Of a stretch of 60,218 nucleotides of DNA, positions 37,101 to 46,495 are shown in pieces; position 1 is the stretch's first letter, and each line of letters starts with the position of its first letter. The position numbers and the translations under genes are program-made. The notes below the pieces were generated by a model. It searched no databases, had not been told where the DNA came from, and saw only the letters and a program-made list of their open reading frames with translations. Source of the DNA: Acidobacteriota bacterium (GTDB taxonomy: Bacteria; Acidobacteriota; Vicinamibacteria; Vicinamibacterales; SCN-69-37); assembly GCA_050264575.1 (NCBI GenBank), contig JBLNGH010000279.1, positions 1 to 60,218 of the forward strand, written 5' to 3'.

Positions 37101-37397
37101 CGCCACGGCGCCAATCGACTGCGTCGGCTGGTCGTCGAAGATCGGAACCCAGGTCCGCCCGGCGTCGGTGGTCTTCCAGACTCCGCCGTTACACACGCCA
37201 ATGAAGAAGGTGTACGGATGGCTCGGATGTCCGGCGGCCGAGCGGGTGCGGCCGCCACGGTGCGGGCCAATCGAGCGCCAACGCATCTCGGAAAACAGCG
37301 GCGCGGTGCCCGAGCGATCTTGTTCAGCCGGCAGCGGCCATGCAGACGCCAGCGCCAGGGACACGCTCACGAGCAGTTGCAGCACGCGGGGAGACAT
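34170..37397 (-). CDS. Exported sortilin/VPS10-like BNR-repeat protein (1075 aa)
   Basis: Many Asp-box motifs ([78 protein letters not shown]) and Gly/Arg-rich inserts. Confidence 0.8.
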   Translation of the reverse strand: MSPRVLQLLVSVSLALASAWPLPAEQDRSGTAPLFSEMRWRSIGPHRGGRTRSAAGHPSHPYTFFIGVCNGGVWKTTDAGRTWVPIFDDQPTQSIGAVAIAPSNPDVIYVGSGEGLQRPDLSVGDGIYKSTDGGRTWTHLGLRDAQQIPKIAIDPKNPDRIFVAALGHPYGPNPERGIFRSADGGRTFEKVLFKGDDTGGKDVDIDPANPNIVYATLWEARQGPWENAAWGGTTGGIFKSTDGGSTWTQLSSGLPEGLLNAELAIAPSRTSRLYATVNAGANTGIYRSDDSGATWTRLPADARTTQRIDEATPMVYPQDPDSVLVTNIVTFKSTDGGKTWVPFKGAPGGEDYQSAWINPNDPNIILLVSDQGGVVTLNGGETWSSWYNQPTAQFYHVSADNAFPYRVCSGQQESGSACVASRGNFGAISLRDWSPVGVDEYGYVAPDPLNPDLVYGGRSVTRFDRRTGQVSTVGPAGGRGGGAPDQGLTFRQVRTQPVVFSEADKRALFFGNNYLWKTIDGGSTWQRVSPDLTREKHEMPPSIGKYRDQPSAHNTPGGARVIYTIGPSYLDINRIWVGTDDGLIHTTADGGLHWTDVTPPAMGPYWKVFMIDPGRFSALTAYAAVNTLRIDDMRPHIFRTHDGGKTWTEIVNGMDDAGPANAVREDPVKKGVLYASTERGVYVSFDDGARWQSLRLNLPATSVRDLIVKDDDIAVATHGRGFWILDDITPLRQIDAATTNQNVVLFKPGTAWRVRWNTSTDMPWPKEEPTSPNPPEGAIISYYLKTAAAGPVTLEILQADGRLVRRYSSADPVAPIPDAATSPVPLYWYRPPQALSSAAGMHRFQWDVHYQPLGGGGGGRGGGLGIQAIPGNTAPGPGTPWVNPGTYTVKLTVDGKSFSQPITVKQDPRVKTPPLAMQQVYASTKATYFGAVDAQGAGREFSRTREQIAKLQSQAQGPIATALAAFDKKLQTTFAPAPSEVAPPAGRGGGRGGRGGGGGSAQADSFSTATAALTGVMNSLQGADVAPTASQLTAITAAQASADRVIAQWKTIKSVDLPALNLKLKAAGLPPISVQ

Positions 37398-37635
37398 GCG
37401 GCCTCCGTTCGGCCTTGGTCACAGGCCGCTGAAAAAGCGGCTGAGATGCCGGCGTCGGCCGGAGTATAGCGCGGGCTCTCCGAGGCTGGCCGTAACGAAA
37501 CGCCGCTTGATCCTTCATCACTGGACAGGTTCGATGCTTGGTTCAGCGCCGGCCTCCGAAACCGAACTCCGCGCGCCACAGGCGCGATAGGGGGGCCGGC
37601 GGGGCGAAGCCCCCCGGCCTCGGAGAGGAGGGCTC

Positions 37636-38274
37636 ATGTCAGCATTGCGCACGCTTGTCAGATCCGCCCTGCTCCTTTTCCCGGCCGCCGTCCTGACGCA
37701 GGGATGCGCCCCGTTGTTCTCCGACGCGCGGCTGGTGGGTCGCGGTCAGACGGAAATCACGGCGAGCCTGACCCCGACGGGCGCCGCCGACATGGGCGAG
37801 AGCCGGTACTTCCTGAACGACGTCCGGATTCAGGCGATGCACGGCACGACGGATCGCCTCGATCTTGGCGTCGGCTACTCACGGCTCCAAATGAAGGACG
37901 GCGGCACGGGTGCTCACGCCATCGGCTTCGGGCCGAAGGTGAGCATCGTCTCCGATCGGTTCGCGATCGCGACGCGCGTCGGGTTCCTCTTTGGTGACGA
38001 AGTGCCGGTGTCCGAAAGCTGGCACGTGGATCCGACGTTGCTGTTCACGCTCCCGATGACCAACCGGATCGATTTCAATCCGTCGGTGCGGTTCCTGATT
38101 CCGTTCTGCGACGGCTGCGAAACGCTCGTGGGCGTGAACGCCGGGTTCGGCATCAGCGCGGGCAACCGGCGGTTGATTCTCAGGCCCGAGGTCGGCGTGC
38201 TGTTCACGCCTCGGGAGAGCGGCATCGTGTGGACGGTCGGCCTCGGCGTGTCCGTCCGGCCGGTCGGTTGGTAA
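37636..38274 (+). CDS. Hypothetical lipoprotein, beta-rich
   Basis: Lipobox LTQGC after a signal peptide, alternating beta-strand-like pattern, C-terminal aromatic W. GGAGAGGAGG RBS. Confidence 0.6.
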   Translation: MSALRTLVRSALLLFPAAVLTQGCAPLFSDARLVGRGQTEITASLTPTGAADMGESRYFLNDVRIQAMHGTTDRLDLGVGYSRLQMKDGGTGAHAIGFGPKVSIVSDRFAIATRVGFLFGDEVPVSESWHVDPTLLFTLPMTNRIDFNPSVRFLIPFCDGCETLVGVNAGFGISAGNRRLILRPEVGVLFTPRESGIVWTVGLGVSVRPVGW

Positions 38275-38282
38275 GCGAAGCG

Positions 38283-38460
38283 TCGAACGCACGCGAGTTG
38301 ACGGAGCGCCGGCTGCACGGCGTCTCCGACCTCGGCGTGTTGGGGAACTCGCCGAGCCGCTGCGAACTCTTCGAGCACCGCGCTCCTCCTCGCGGGGTGT
38401 TCGTCCGGGCCGTTCGCGGCAACCCGGGTCGGCCGCGCCCGTCAACTCGCGTGCGTTCGA
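38283..38460. repeat. Perfect 22-bp inverted repeat (tcgaacgcacgcgagttgacgg / ccgtcaactcgcgtgcgttcga) bracketing 134 nt
   Basis: The arms at 38283-38304 and 38439-38460 are exact reverse complements. The right arm encodes the last codons of the nucleoside permease. Confidence 0.9.
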
Positions 38461-39650
38461 GCTGCCACCTGCCGCTGCGGGCGGAACAGGACCGCGAACA
38501 GCGCGAGAATAATCGCCGCGAGACCCGCGGGCACCATCCAGATCTCCGGCCAATTGTGGCCATTCGGCGTGACGTACGCATCGACGACGCGGCCCGAGAC
38601 GAACGCGCCGATGAAGTAGCCGACGCCGTTCGTCACGAAGTTCAGGAACCCCTGGGCGGCGGCCCGGATTTTTTCGCCGGCGCGCTGGTCCGTGTAAATC
38701 TGGCCGGCCACGAAGAAGAAGTCGTAGCAGATGCCGTGCAGCAGGATGCCGATGTAGATCAGCCACATGCCGCTGCCGGCGTTGCCATAGCCGAATGCGA
38801 GATACCGCGCGGCCCAGGCGGTCATGCCGATGAGCATGATCCACTTGATCCCGAGCCGTCCGAGGAAGAGCGGCAGCAGCAGCATGAAGAAGATCTCGCT
38901 CATCTGGCCGAACGTCTGGATGAACGCCGGCTCCGGCGCGCCGATCTCGTTCAGAAACGCGTTGGTGAACGCGTAGTAGAACTGCAGCGGCACGCAGAGC
39001 AGAAACGAGCCGATCACGAAGACCGCGAAGGTGCGATCGCGCAGCAGGTGGAGCGCGTCGAGCCCGAGCGCGTCGCGGACCGAGAACGGCGCGCCGGCGG
39101 CCTTCGGCGGCGTGTGCGGCAGAGCCAGCGCGAAGATTCCCATCAGCGCCGACGCGCCGGCCGCCAGCTGCATCGGGGTGTTCAGCGCGTCGGCGCGAAG
39201 GACCTTGCCGACGATGATGCCGGCGACGATCCACCCGATCGTCCCGAGCACGCGAATCATCGGGAAATCGCGCGAGGGATTCTGCACGTGGTGGAAGGCC
39301 ACGGAGTTCGTCAGCGAGAGCGTCGGCATGTAGCACAGCGCGTAGGCGATGAGCAGCGGATAGAACGCGCTCCACTGGGTTTGCATCGAGACGAGCCACA
39401 TCAGGACCGCGCCGCCGAGGTGCAGGAGCGCCAGGAGCTTCTCGGAGGCGAAGAACCGGTCGGCGAAGATCCCCATGAAGAAGGGCGACACGAGCGCGGC
39501 GATGGCCATCGCGCCATACGCCAGGCCGATCTGCGCGCCGGAGAAGTGGAGCGTCTGACCGAGGTACGTCCCCATCGTGACGAACCACACGCCCCAGATG
39601 AAATACTCGAGGAACATCATCAGCGACAGCTTCACGCGCACGCCGGTCAT
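38442..39650 (-). CDS. Nucleoside:H+ symporter (NupG/XapB-like MFS)
   Basis: [25 protein letters not shown]...FADRFF...[15 protein letters not shown] is collinear with remembered E. coli NupG. 12 TM segments. Confidence 0.82.
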   Translation of the reverse strand: MTGVRVKLSLMMFLEYFIWGVWFVTMGTYLGQTLHFSGAQIGLAYGAMAIAALVSPFFMGIFADRFFASEKLLALLHLGGAVLMWLVSMQTQWSAFYPLLIAYALCYMPTLSLTNSVAFHHVQNPSRDFPMIRVLGTIGWIVAGIIVGKVLRADALNTPMQLAAGASALMGIFALALPHTPPKAAGAPFSVRDALGLDALHLLRDRTFAVFVIGSFLLCVPLQFYYAFTNAFLNEIGAPEPAFIQTFGQMSEIFFMLLLPLFLGRLGIKWIMLIGMTAWAARYLAFGYGNAGSGMWLIYIGILLHGICYDFFFVAGQIYTDQRAGEKIRAAAQGFLNFVTNGVGYFIGAFVSGRVVDAYVTPNGHNWPEIWMVPAGLAAIILALFAVLFRPQRQVAARTHAS

Positions 39651-39675
39651 GGGAACGCCCTCATCGCCTCATCGC

Positions 39676-40557
39676 CTACTCGCGCTCGATCGGACGCGTC
39701 AGACAGGTTGGACCGCCGCCGCCCTTGACGCTGATTTCGCGCCCTTCGTACTCGAGGACCTCCGCGCCCGCCTGCTCGAGCTGCGCGCGGGTGCGCGGAT
39801 TCCCCGCCACCATGACGCACCGGCGCGGCGACAGCGCCAGCACGTTGGCGCCCATCGTGTCGAACTCCTCGTCGGGCACCTCGACGAGTGTGATGCCGCG
39901 ATCGATCAGCAGGTCGCGAAACGGGACCGGCAGAAGCGGCGAATACACCACAGCCAGGTCGCGATCGACCGGGCTGACGATGGACATCAGGTGGAACACG
40001 TCGCCGGCGCCGCGCCAGTGCGGAAGCGGCGTCACGATGACGTCGACGGCGTCGCCGACGAGCGTGCGCAGCTGCCGGATCCCCTCATCGTTCGTCCGAT
40101 AGCCGCGGCCGACGGCGACCGTCCGGGCGTCGAGCCACACGACGTCGCCGCCTTCGAGGAGACCCGGCGGCTGTATGGCGCCGTGTTCGCGGAGACCCCA
40201 CTCGTGGAACGCCCTCGCCTGCGCGACCGGCTCGGGTTCGCGCTGCATCTTCCCCATGGAGCAGAGGATCAAGCCGGACCGCGAGACAATCGAGGCGTCG
40301 CGCACGTAGATCGAGTCGAGCCCCGTGCCCGGCGCCGCGGGCAGCCAGTCGATGCGCGCCCCGGTCGAGACGATCAACTCGACGAACGCGTCATATTCGC
40401 CGATGGCCCGCGCGAAGTCGGGCGGCGCGGTGAAGTTCAGCGCCCGCCACTCCGCGGCGATCGCGTCCGGACCGGCGAACGACTCGCGCGCGTGCTTCAG
40501 GACCACACGTTTGAGGCGGCCGACTTCGGAGAGCGAGGGCGGCACCCGGTCAGGCAC
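39676..40557 (-). CDS. Amidinotransferase-fold enzyme (dimethylarginine dimethylaminohydrolase / arginine deiminase-like)
   Basis: C-terminal catalytic Cys context KGGGGPTCLTRPI, internal HLMS and GANVL segments. It overlaps the permease stop by 8 nt. Confidence 0.75.
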   Translation of the reverse strand: MPDRVPPSLSEVGRLKRVVLKHARESFAGPDAIAAEWRALNFTAPPDFARAIGEYDAFVELIVSTGARIDWLPAAPGTGLDSIYVRDASIVSRSGLILCSMGKMQREPEPVAQARAFHEWGLREHGAIQPPGLLEGGDVVWLDARTVAVGRGYRTNDEGIRQLRTLVGDAVDVIVTPLPHWRGAGDVFHLMSIVSPVDRDLAVVYSPLLPVPFRDLLIDRGITLVEVPDEEFDTMGANVLALSPRRCVMVAGNPRTRAQLEQAGAEVLEYEGREISVKGGGGPTCLTRPIERE

Positions 40558-41899
40558 GTCGCATCCAGAGATAGACGGGCAGCCCGGCGGCGAGCAGCAC
40601 CGCGCCCCAGGAGATCACCTCCCGGCCGGCGCCGATGATCGCGACGAACGAATAGCAGACCGCGGCGGCGGCGACGGCCGCGCCGCCGGTCGAGACGGCG
40701 TGCCGGACACGAAGCCGGCCGAGCGAAATCAGCAGTGCCGCCAGCGAACACATCAAGTACGGCACCAGCGTGCTGAGCGTCGCCAGGAGGATGGTGAAGG
40801 TGAAGAGCGCCACCAGACCACGCGAGTAGTTCATCGCGATCAGTACGGTGCTGAGGATGCCGGACAGGATCATGCCGGCCGCCGGCGTCCCACGTTGCGT
40901 GAGCCGCGCGAAGAGCGGTGGAAACAATCCGTCGCGCGCGACCGCGAGCGGCAGCTGCCCGACGATCAGCACCCACCCGTTGAGCGCACCGAAGCAGGAA
41001 ATGGCCGCACCGATCGCCACGAGCGCGGCGGCCCGATCGCCGCCGATCGTGCGGGCGGCATCGGCAAACGGCGCCGTCGTCGAGGCGAGCGCCGCGGGCG
41101 CGATGAGGCTCATGATGCCGATCGTGCTCAGGATGTAAATCCCGGCGGCGACCATGGTTCCGGTGACGGTGGCCCGCGGGATCGTCCGATCGGGATCGCG
41201 GACCGAGCCGGCAGGAATGGTCGCGCATTCCAGTCCGAGAAATGCCCAGAGCGTCAGCGTCACGACGCTCATCAGATCGACGGTAAGAGTTCTGGTGCTG
41301 GATTCATGAATGGCGAAGCTCGCCGGCGTGAAGCGGATGAGCCCGGCAATCGCGATGACGACGAGCGGCACGATTTTCAGCGCGGTCGTGACAACCTGCA
41401 ATCTGCCGGCGGCGCGGATTCCGGAAATGTTGACCGCGGTCAGGAACCACAACGTGGCGATCGCGAGCAGCGCCGACGCGGCGGGCGCGCGCACGATTGA
41501 CGGGATGAAAGGATCGAGATACCCGACGAAGGCAACGGCCAGCGCCGCATTCGCGCTCCAGACCGAAATCCAGTATCCCCACGCGACGAGAAAGCCCGGA
41601 AGGCTGCCGAACGCCCGCCGGGTGTACGCATACGGCCCGCCCGACGCCGGATCGAGACGTGCGAGCCGCGCAAACACGACGGCGAGGAGAAGACTTCCGG
41701 TGGCGGAGACGAGCCAGCCGACCAGACTGAGGCCGCCGTAGGCAGCCAGCGACGCGGGCAGGAGAAACACGCCCGAGCCAATCATGTTGCCGACGACCAG
41801 CGCGACCGCCGTCCAGAATCCCAGCTCCCGCGGCGGAGTTGCCGACGCCGGCGCCGCGCCCGCGACGCCGGCGGTCACTGGCGCAGTCGGTCGGTCCAC
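40550..41899 (-). CDS. APC-superfamily amino acid/polyamine permease (APA-antiporter-like)
   Basis: VVGNMIGSGVFLLPASLA signature; about 12 TM segments. Confidence 0.85.
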   Translation of the reverse strand: MDRPTAPVTAGVAGAAPASATPPRELGFWTAVALVVGNMIGSGVFLLPASLAAYGGLSLVGWLVSATGSLLLAVVFARLARLDPASGGPYAYTRRAFGSLPGFLVAWGYWISVWSANAALAVAFVGYLDPFIPSIVRAPAASALLAIATLWFLTAVNISGIRAAGRLQVVTTALKIVPLVVIAIAGLIRFTPASFAIHESSTRTLTVDLMSVVTLTLWAFLGLECATIPAGSVRDPDRTIPRATVTGTMVAAGIYILSTIGIMSLIAPAALASTTAPFADAARTIGGDRAAALVAIGAAISCFGALNGWVLIVGQLPLAVARDGLFPPLFARLTQRGTPAAGMILSGILSTVLIAMNYSRGLVALFTFTILLATLSTLVPYLMCSLAALLISLGRLRVRHAVSTGGAAVAAAAVCYSFVAIIGAGREVISWGAVLLAAGLPVYLWMRRA

Positions 41900-41973
41900 T
41901 GGAGCGAGGCGAGCGGGAGGAGGAACGCGATCGTCAGACCGGCGGGCACGGCGTCATTGTAGTCGGGCGCCGG

Positions 41974-42783
41974 TCACCACCGATCATCGCCGAGAAACTT
42001 CGCCGCGAGCTCTTTCACGAACTTCGCCGCGACCGGCGCCGTCAGGCCGAGCGGATCCTGCCGCGGGTTCAGCTCGACGATGTCGGCGCCCACGAGCTGG
42101 CCGGTCAGACCGTCGATCATCGTCAGGACATCCCGGACGCTGAGTCCGCCGGGCTCGCGGTGTGACACACCGGGCGCAAAGGCGGGGTCGAGGCCGTCGA
42201 GATCGATGGAGACGTAGACGTTGCCCTCGACACCGGGCCTGGCGCCGTCGTACCAGGCCCGCATGTCGATCTGTTCGACGCCGAATCGCGCCGCCTGATC
42301 GCGACCGTGGCCGGTCATCGCGCGGATTCCGACCTGGACGAGGCGGGCGGCGAGACCTTCTTCGAGAATCCGCGCGAACGGGCAGGCATGCGAATACCGG
42401 TCGCCCTCGAAGTCGTCGTACAAATCCGGATGCGCGTCGATCTGGAGAATCGTCAGCGGATCGACCCGACCCGCCATCGCGCGAATGATCGGATAGGTGA
42501 TCGAATGGTCGCCGCCGAGCGCGATGAAGCGGCGGCCCTGCGCCACGAGATCGCGAATCGCGTCTTCGATCACGCGCCTGGCGTCGGCGGTCGCCGGCAC
42601 GTCGAGGTCGCCGAGATCTTCGAGGACGCTCGCCGTCACGGATTCGACGATGCGTTCGGACCACGGATTGCTCGCGGTGGTCCGCAGCGCTTCGCGAATC
42701 TGCCGCGGCGCGTCGGCGGCGCCGCGCAGGAACGACGAGCTCGCATCGTACGGAAGTCCGATCAGGACAGGTCGGTCTGACAT
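41974..42783 (-). CDS. Ureohydrolase family (agmatinase/arginase/guanidino-acid hydrolase)
   Basis: Mn-binding motifs GGDHSITYP, QIDAHPDLYD and SIDLDGLDP. The ATG at 42783 gives MSDRPVLIGLPYD. Confidence 0.85.
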   Translation of the reverse strand: MSDRPVLIGLPYDASSSFLRGAADAPRQIREALRTTASNPWSERIVESVTASVLEDLGDLDVPATADARRVIEDAIRDLVAQGRRFIALGGDHSITYPIIRAMAGRVDPLTILQIDAHPDLYDDFEGDRYSHACPFARILEEGLAARLVQVGIRAMTGHGRDQAARFGVEQIDMRAWYDGARPGVEGNVYVSIDLDGLDPAFAPGVSHREPGGLSVRDVLTMIDGLTGQLVGADIVELNPRQDPLGLTAPVAAKFVKELAAKFLGDDRW

Positions 42784-42788
42784 TCGGC

Positions 42789-43832
42789 TCAGGGTTTCAC
42801 GCGGAACGGGACAACGTAGGCGCGGTCGTCCCACGTCAACGTCAGCACGCCGCCATCCGCCTTCGGGTCGATCGCGAACGTCAGCTGCTCGGCTGGCGCC
42901 GCCGGCGCCGTGCGTTGCATGTCGATATGCGCGACGTCCCGATCCGGATGATAGGTCGTGTGGAACTGTCCCGTCTCGCCGTTCACGATCAGGCTGAACG
43001 TCGTCTCGCCGGGCTGGGTGTAGAGCGTGTAGTCGCCGGCGGGGATCGTGACGCTGCCGAACACGAGTGCGGCGCTGGTCGTGAACGACGTCGCTTCGTC
43101 CGCGCCCGGCATCCACCAGCGCGTGTACGGCACCAGGGAGCCCCAAATCACCCGCCCTCGCTTCGCTGGCCGGCCGTACTCGATGGACACTCGGGCGCCG
43201 CCGATGTCCGCGATGACGACGTCGCGCGGGCTGCGACGCTCGCCTTCCGGATGACGCGGGATGGGAATCGTGCGGATGAATTTCGTGATCGAGGGATACT
43301 CTTCCGGCTGGGTCAATAGCAGGTCGAGTGTTCCCGGCTGCGCCACCTCACTCACGACGGCGCGATTGGCCTCGGGCGATCCCAGCACGACGATGCCATC
43401 GGCTCGCGCCGCCCGGCCCGCGCGAGCGGCGACGACCAGTTCCTTGTCCCAGCCGATCACCAGGATCCGCTCGAAACGAGAATCGTTCCGGAGTCGGGTG
43501 ATCCACCCCGCCGCGTCCCGCACGGCTGAATCCGGCGACGCGGGACCCTCCGGCCGCAGCGAGGCAATCCCGTCTGAAGCGAGCTTCTGCGCAAATGACC
43601 CACGCGGATCGTCACCGGGTCCTGGAGCGGCAAGCAGCACCGCCACCGGCATTCTCGCGGTCGTCGCCGGCAACGTCAGGGTCGCCGTCAGAGTCCCCCG
43701 CGATGTCGTCAGGTCGAGCCGTTGTGGCGGTGCTGAGCCTTGAGAGACAACGCGGGCGCCGGAAGCCAGGCAACTGACAATCGCCACTGTGAGCGCAGCC
43801 CTGAATCGCACGGTCCCTCCCTGTCGCCACAT
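42789..43832 (-). CDS. Exported protein with a C-terminal DUF2911-like domain
   Basis: The ATG at 43832 gives MWRQGGTVRFRAALTVAIVSCLASG. The C-terminus (IEYGRPAKRGRVIWGSLVPYTRWWMPGADEAT...IPAGDYTLYT...LTLTWDDRAYVVPFRV) matches the remembered DUF2911 pattern. Confidence 0.65.
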   Translation of the reverse strand: MWRQGGTVRFRAALTVAIVSCLASGARVVSQGSAPPQRLDLTTSRGTLTATLTLPATTARMPVAVLLAAPGPGDDPRGSFAQKLASDGIASLRPEGPASPDSAVRDAAGWITRLRNDSRFERILVIGWDKELVVAARAGRAARADGIVVLGSPEANRAVVSEVAQPGTLDLLLTQPEEYPSITKFIRTIPIPRHPEGERRSPRDVVIADIGGARVSIEYGRPAKRGRVIWGSLVPYTRWWMPGADEATSFTTSAALVFGSVTIPAGDYTLYTQPGETTFSLIVNGETGQFHTTYHPDRDVAHIDMQRTAPAAPAEQLTFAIDPKADGGVLTLTWDDRAYVVPFRVKP

Positions 43833-43833
43833 C

Positions 43834-44793
43834 TTAATTTCTGGAGCGCTTGATGGCCTCGAGATTCGAATCGAACTCTTGAAGCACACGCAGCGCGGTT
43901 TCGACGGCTCTCACGTAGAAATCGTGGGACATCGTCTCGTAATCGTCCGTGGCCTTGTGATGCTGGCCGAAGTCCTCGACCCCGAGGTAGACGAACGGGA
44001 TCTTCGCCTGGTGGAACGCGAAGTGATCGGAATCCTTCGTCCAATCCTCGACGCCGCGCTGCTGCGGATCGTCGTGCCCGAAGAGCAGCTTCACGGGTGC
44101 GGTCGCGGCGACCCGCTCGAGATACGGCTTCAGGAAGGGATAGGCATGCGTCCCGACGGCGTAGAGCTTGTCGTCGGGATCGCGGCCAATCATGTCGAGG
44201 TTGACATTCACGGCAATGGACGACAGATCGACCGGCGGTGTCCTGACGAATGCCAACGAGCCGCGTGTGCCGCTCTCCTCCCCATCGAACGCCGCCACGA
44301 TGATCGTGTGTGCCGGCCGGTGCGCGCTGAAGTACTTGCCGAGCGCAAACAGCGCCGCGGTGCCGGAGGCGTTGTCGTCGGCGCCGTTGAACACCTGCCC
44401 GCTCCTGACGCCGATGTGATCGTAGTGCGCCGACAGCACGATGGACGGCGTCGATCCTTGTGTGCCGTCGATGCGCCCGATCACGTTCACGCCTGTGCGA
44501 TCGCTCCCGGTCCCGCCTCGTCCGGCGGTGAAGGAGAACGGCTGCTCGAACGATTCACCGAACGGCACGATCCCCGATTCCTTGAAGCGCTGCATGACGT
44601 ACGTGCGGGCTTTTTCCCCGCCTGGCGTGCCGACCTGACGTCCCTGCATGTCGTCAGCCGAGAGCGTCTGCAGGTCTTTCAGAAGCTGCGAACTGTCGAT
44701 GAGATCGCTGCGGCGCGGCGCCTGCGTGAGCGCCAGTGACGCGGACAATGCGAGCGCGATGATGACGGCGGGCAGGCGGCGGAAGCGGTCCAT
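43834..44793 (-). CDS. M28-family aminopeptidase (exported)
   Basis: SAHYDH, GADDNASGTAALFAL, FDGEESG and DMIG motifs; signal peptide. Confidence 0.85.
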   Translation of the reverse strand: MDRFRRLPAVIIALALSASLALTQAPRRSDLIDSSQLLKDLQTLSADDMQGRQVGTPGGEKARTYVMQRFKESGIVPFGESFEQPFSFTAGRGGTGSDRTGVNVIGRIDGTQGSTPSIVLSAHYDHIGVRSGQVFNGADDNASGTAALFALGKYFSAHRPAHTIIVAAFDGEESGTRGSLAFVRTPPVDLSSIAVNVNLDMIGRDPDDKLYAVGTHAYPFLKPYLERVAATAPVKLLFGHDDPQQRGVEDWTKDSDHFAFHQAKIPFVYLGVEDFGQHHKATDDYETMSHDFYVRAVETALRVLQEFDSNLEAIKRSRN

Positions 44794-44808
44794 GCCATCA
44801 GTGTAGGG

Positions 44809-46344
44809 TCAATCAGATACCGGCGTCAGACCGCGGTTTGCCGGTCCGTTGATCACGTCGCCAAGCTTGTCGAATCGCGATCCATGACAGGGACAGTCCC
44901 ACGTCTTCTCGGCGTCATTCCATCGAACGATGCAACCCAGGTGTGTGCACACCGCCGAGCGTTCGTGCAGGACACCGGTCTCGTCGCGGTACACGGCGAC
45001 CTTGGTCATGCCCCGGCGCACAACGGCGCCGGAATCCCGCGCAATCTGATCCTCGGAAGCGACGTCGCCGCCAGTCACCCACGCGGTGTACTGCGCGGCC
45101 ACGTTCGCGGCTTCTTTGAGGTATTCGCCCGGCGCGCGAAGCGGTTTTCGCGCCGGGTCGTACAGATCCGCCCAATCGTTCGTCCGCCCGAGGATCAAGT
45201 CCGTGAGCAGCATGCCGGCGATCGTGCCGTGCGTCAGCCCCATGCCGGCATCACCCGTCGCTACGTACACATTGTTCGCGTCGAGCGGGTTGCGCCCGAT
45301 GAACGCGACGCCGTCAACGGGTTCCATGACCTGGCCGCCCCAGACGAAGTCCACGCCGTCGATCTGCGGAAACCGCTGCCGGGCCCAGTTCTCCAGCCGG
45401 CCATGGCGATCGGCCGTGTCGTCCGCCTGCCCGCTCTTGTGATCCTCGCCGCCCACGATCAGGAGATCGGACGTGCTCGTGCCGCCTGGCGAATACACGC
45501 GAATGTAGTGATAGGGATCTTCGGTGTCCCAGTACAGGGCTTGCGACACCGATCCGCGAGGCACGCGCAGTCCGACCACGTACGTCATGTAGGGCGCCTG
45601 TTTCGTGTGGATGGCGACGAGATCGTTCACGGGCGCATTCGTGGCAATCACCACCGCGCCCGCGCCGATCGAGTGGTTGCCCGACGTCACCTGCGCCGAC
45701 GACCCGCCCTGAATCGCGTCCGCGTGCGTGTGCGTGTAAACGCGCCCACCCGCCTTCGTAATCGCACGCACCAGACCCGCCAGATACTTGAGCGGATGAA
45801 ACTGCGCCTGCCCCGGAAACTCCAGACACGGACCCGTGTCGAAACCGTCGAGCGGCGCCCGCGTCACCATGCTCACGCCTGTCAGGCCGGCGCGATGGAC
45901 CGCGTTGAGCTCCGCCTCGAGATCTTTATCGCTGTCCCCGCGATAGAGGTACCCGTCAACGCGCGAGAAGTCACACGCAATCCGGTGATCGTGAACGATG
46001 GCTTCAATCCGGTCGATCGCCGCGCTATGACTGGCGGCGACGATCTGTGCGCCGCGCTCTCCGTGCATCTGCTCGATCTCGGTGTACCCAGCATCGATGG
46101 CGTTCGACAGATGCGCGCTCGTCGCGGCCGTCATCCCTCGCCCCACCTGGCCGTCGTCGACAACCACCACCGATTGGCCCGCCTCGGCCAGGAGAAGCGC
46201 CGTGGTCAATCCGGCGATGCCCGCTCCGACGATGCAGACATCGGCCGTCTCGTTCGCGGTCAACGTCGCTGTTCTGGGACGGGCAATTCGCTTGGTCCAG
46301 GGTGACGAAGGGGCCGCCGCTGCGACGCGGGTCCGCTTGGGCAT
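44809..46344 (-). CDS. FAD-dependent oxidoreductase fused to a C-terminal Rieske [2Fe-2S] domain
   Basis: [15 protein letters not shown] Rossmann motif and the Rieske motifs CTHLGC...CPCHGS. Confidence 0.85.
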   Translation of the reverse strand: MPKRTRVAAAAPSSPWTKRIARPRTATLTANETADVCIVGAGIAGLTTALLLAEAGQSVVVVDDGQVGRGMTAATSAHLSNAIDAGYTEIEQMHGERGAQIVAASHSAAIDRIEAIVHDHRIACDFSRVDGYLYRGDSDKDLEAELNAVHRAGLTGVSMVTRAPLDGFDTGPCLEFPGQAQFHPLKYLAGLVRAITKAGGRVYTHTHADAIQGGSSAQVTSGNHSIGAGAVVIATNAPVNDLVAIHTKQAPYMTYVVGLRVPRGSVSQALYWDTEDPYHYIRVYSPGGTSTSDLLIVGGEDHKSGQADDTADRHGRLENWARQRFPQIDGVDFVWGGQVMEPVDGVAFIGRNPLDANNVYVATGDAGMGLTHGTIAGMLLTDLILGRTNDWADLYDPARKPLRAPGEYLKEAANVAAQYTAWVTGGDVASEDQIARDSGAVVRRGMTKVAVYRDETGVLHERSAVCTHLGCIVRWNDAEKTWDCPCHGSRFDKLGDVINGPANRGLTPVSD

Positions 46345-46495
46345 GACGAGCCTCCTGTTCGAGGAGCACTGATGGAGTCGTCATGAAAATTTTGCAAGCC
46401 TTGTGCCGCGACCCATGTCCCAGACGTGATGGAGGAGGGCGACTCAACTAATCGCCCGCGAATCCCGTCCAATGCGGCAACGGTCAACGACTGCC

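Noticed and set aside
37594-37619. GC hairpin (ggccggcggggc-gaa-gccccccggcc) upstream of the lipoprotein gene as a riboswitch or attenuator
   Set aside because: It is a single short stem with no U-tract and no recognisable riboswitch core. It may simply be 5' UTR structure.
37879-41500. ORFs 37879..39588 (-), 38229..39728 (+), 39577..40638 (+) and 40325..41500 (+)
   Set aside because: They are out of frame with, or antisense to, the NupG-like, amidinotransferase-fold and APC permease genes. They contain no recognisable domains.
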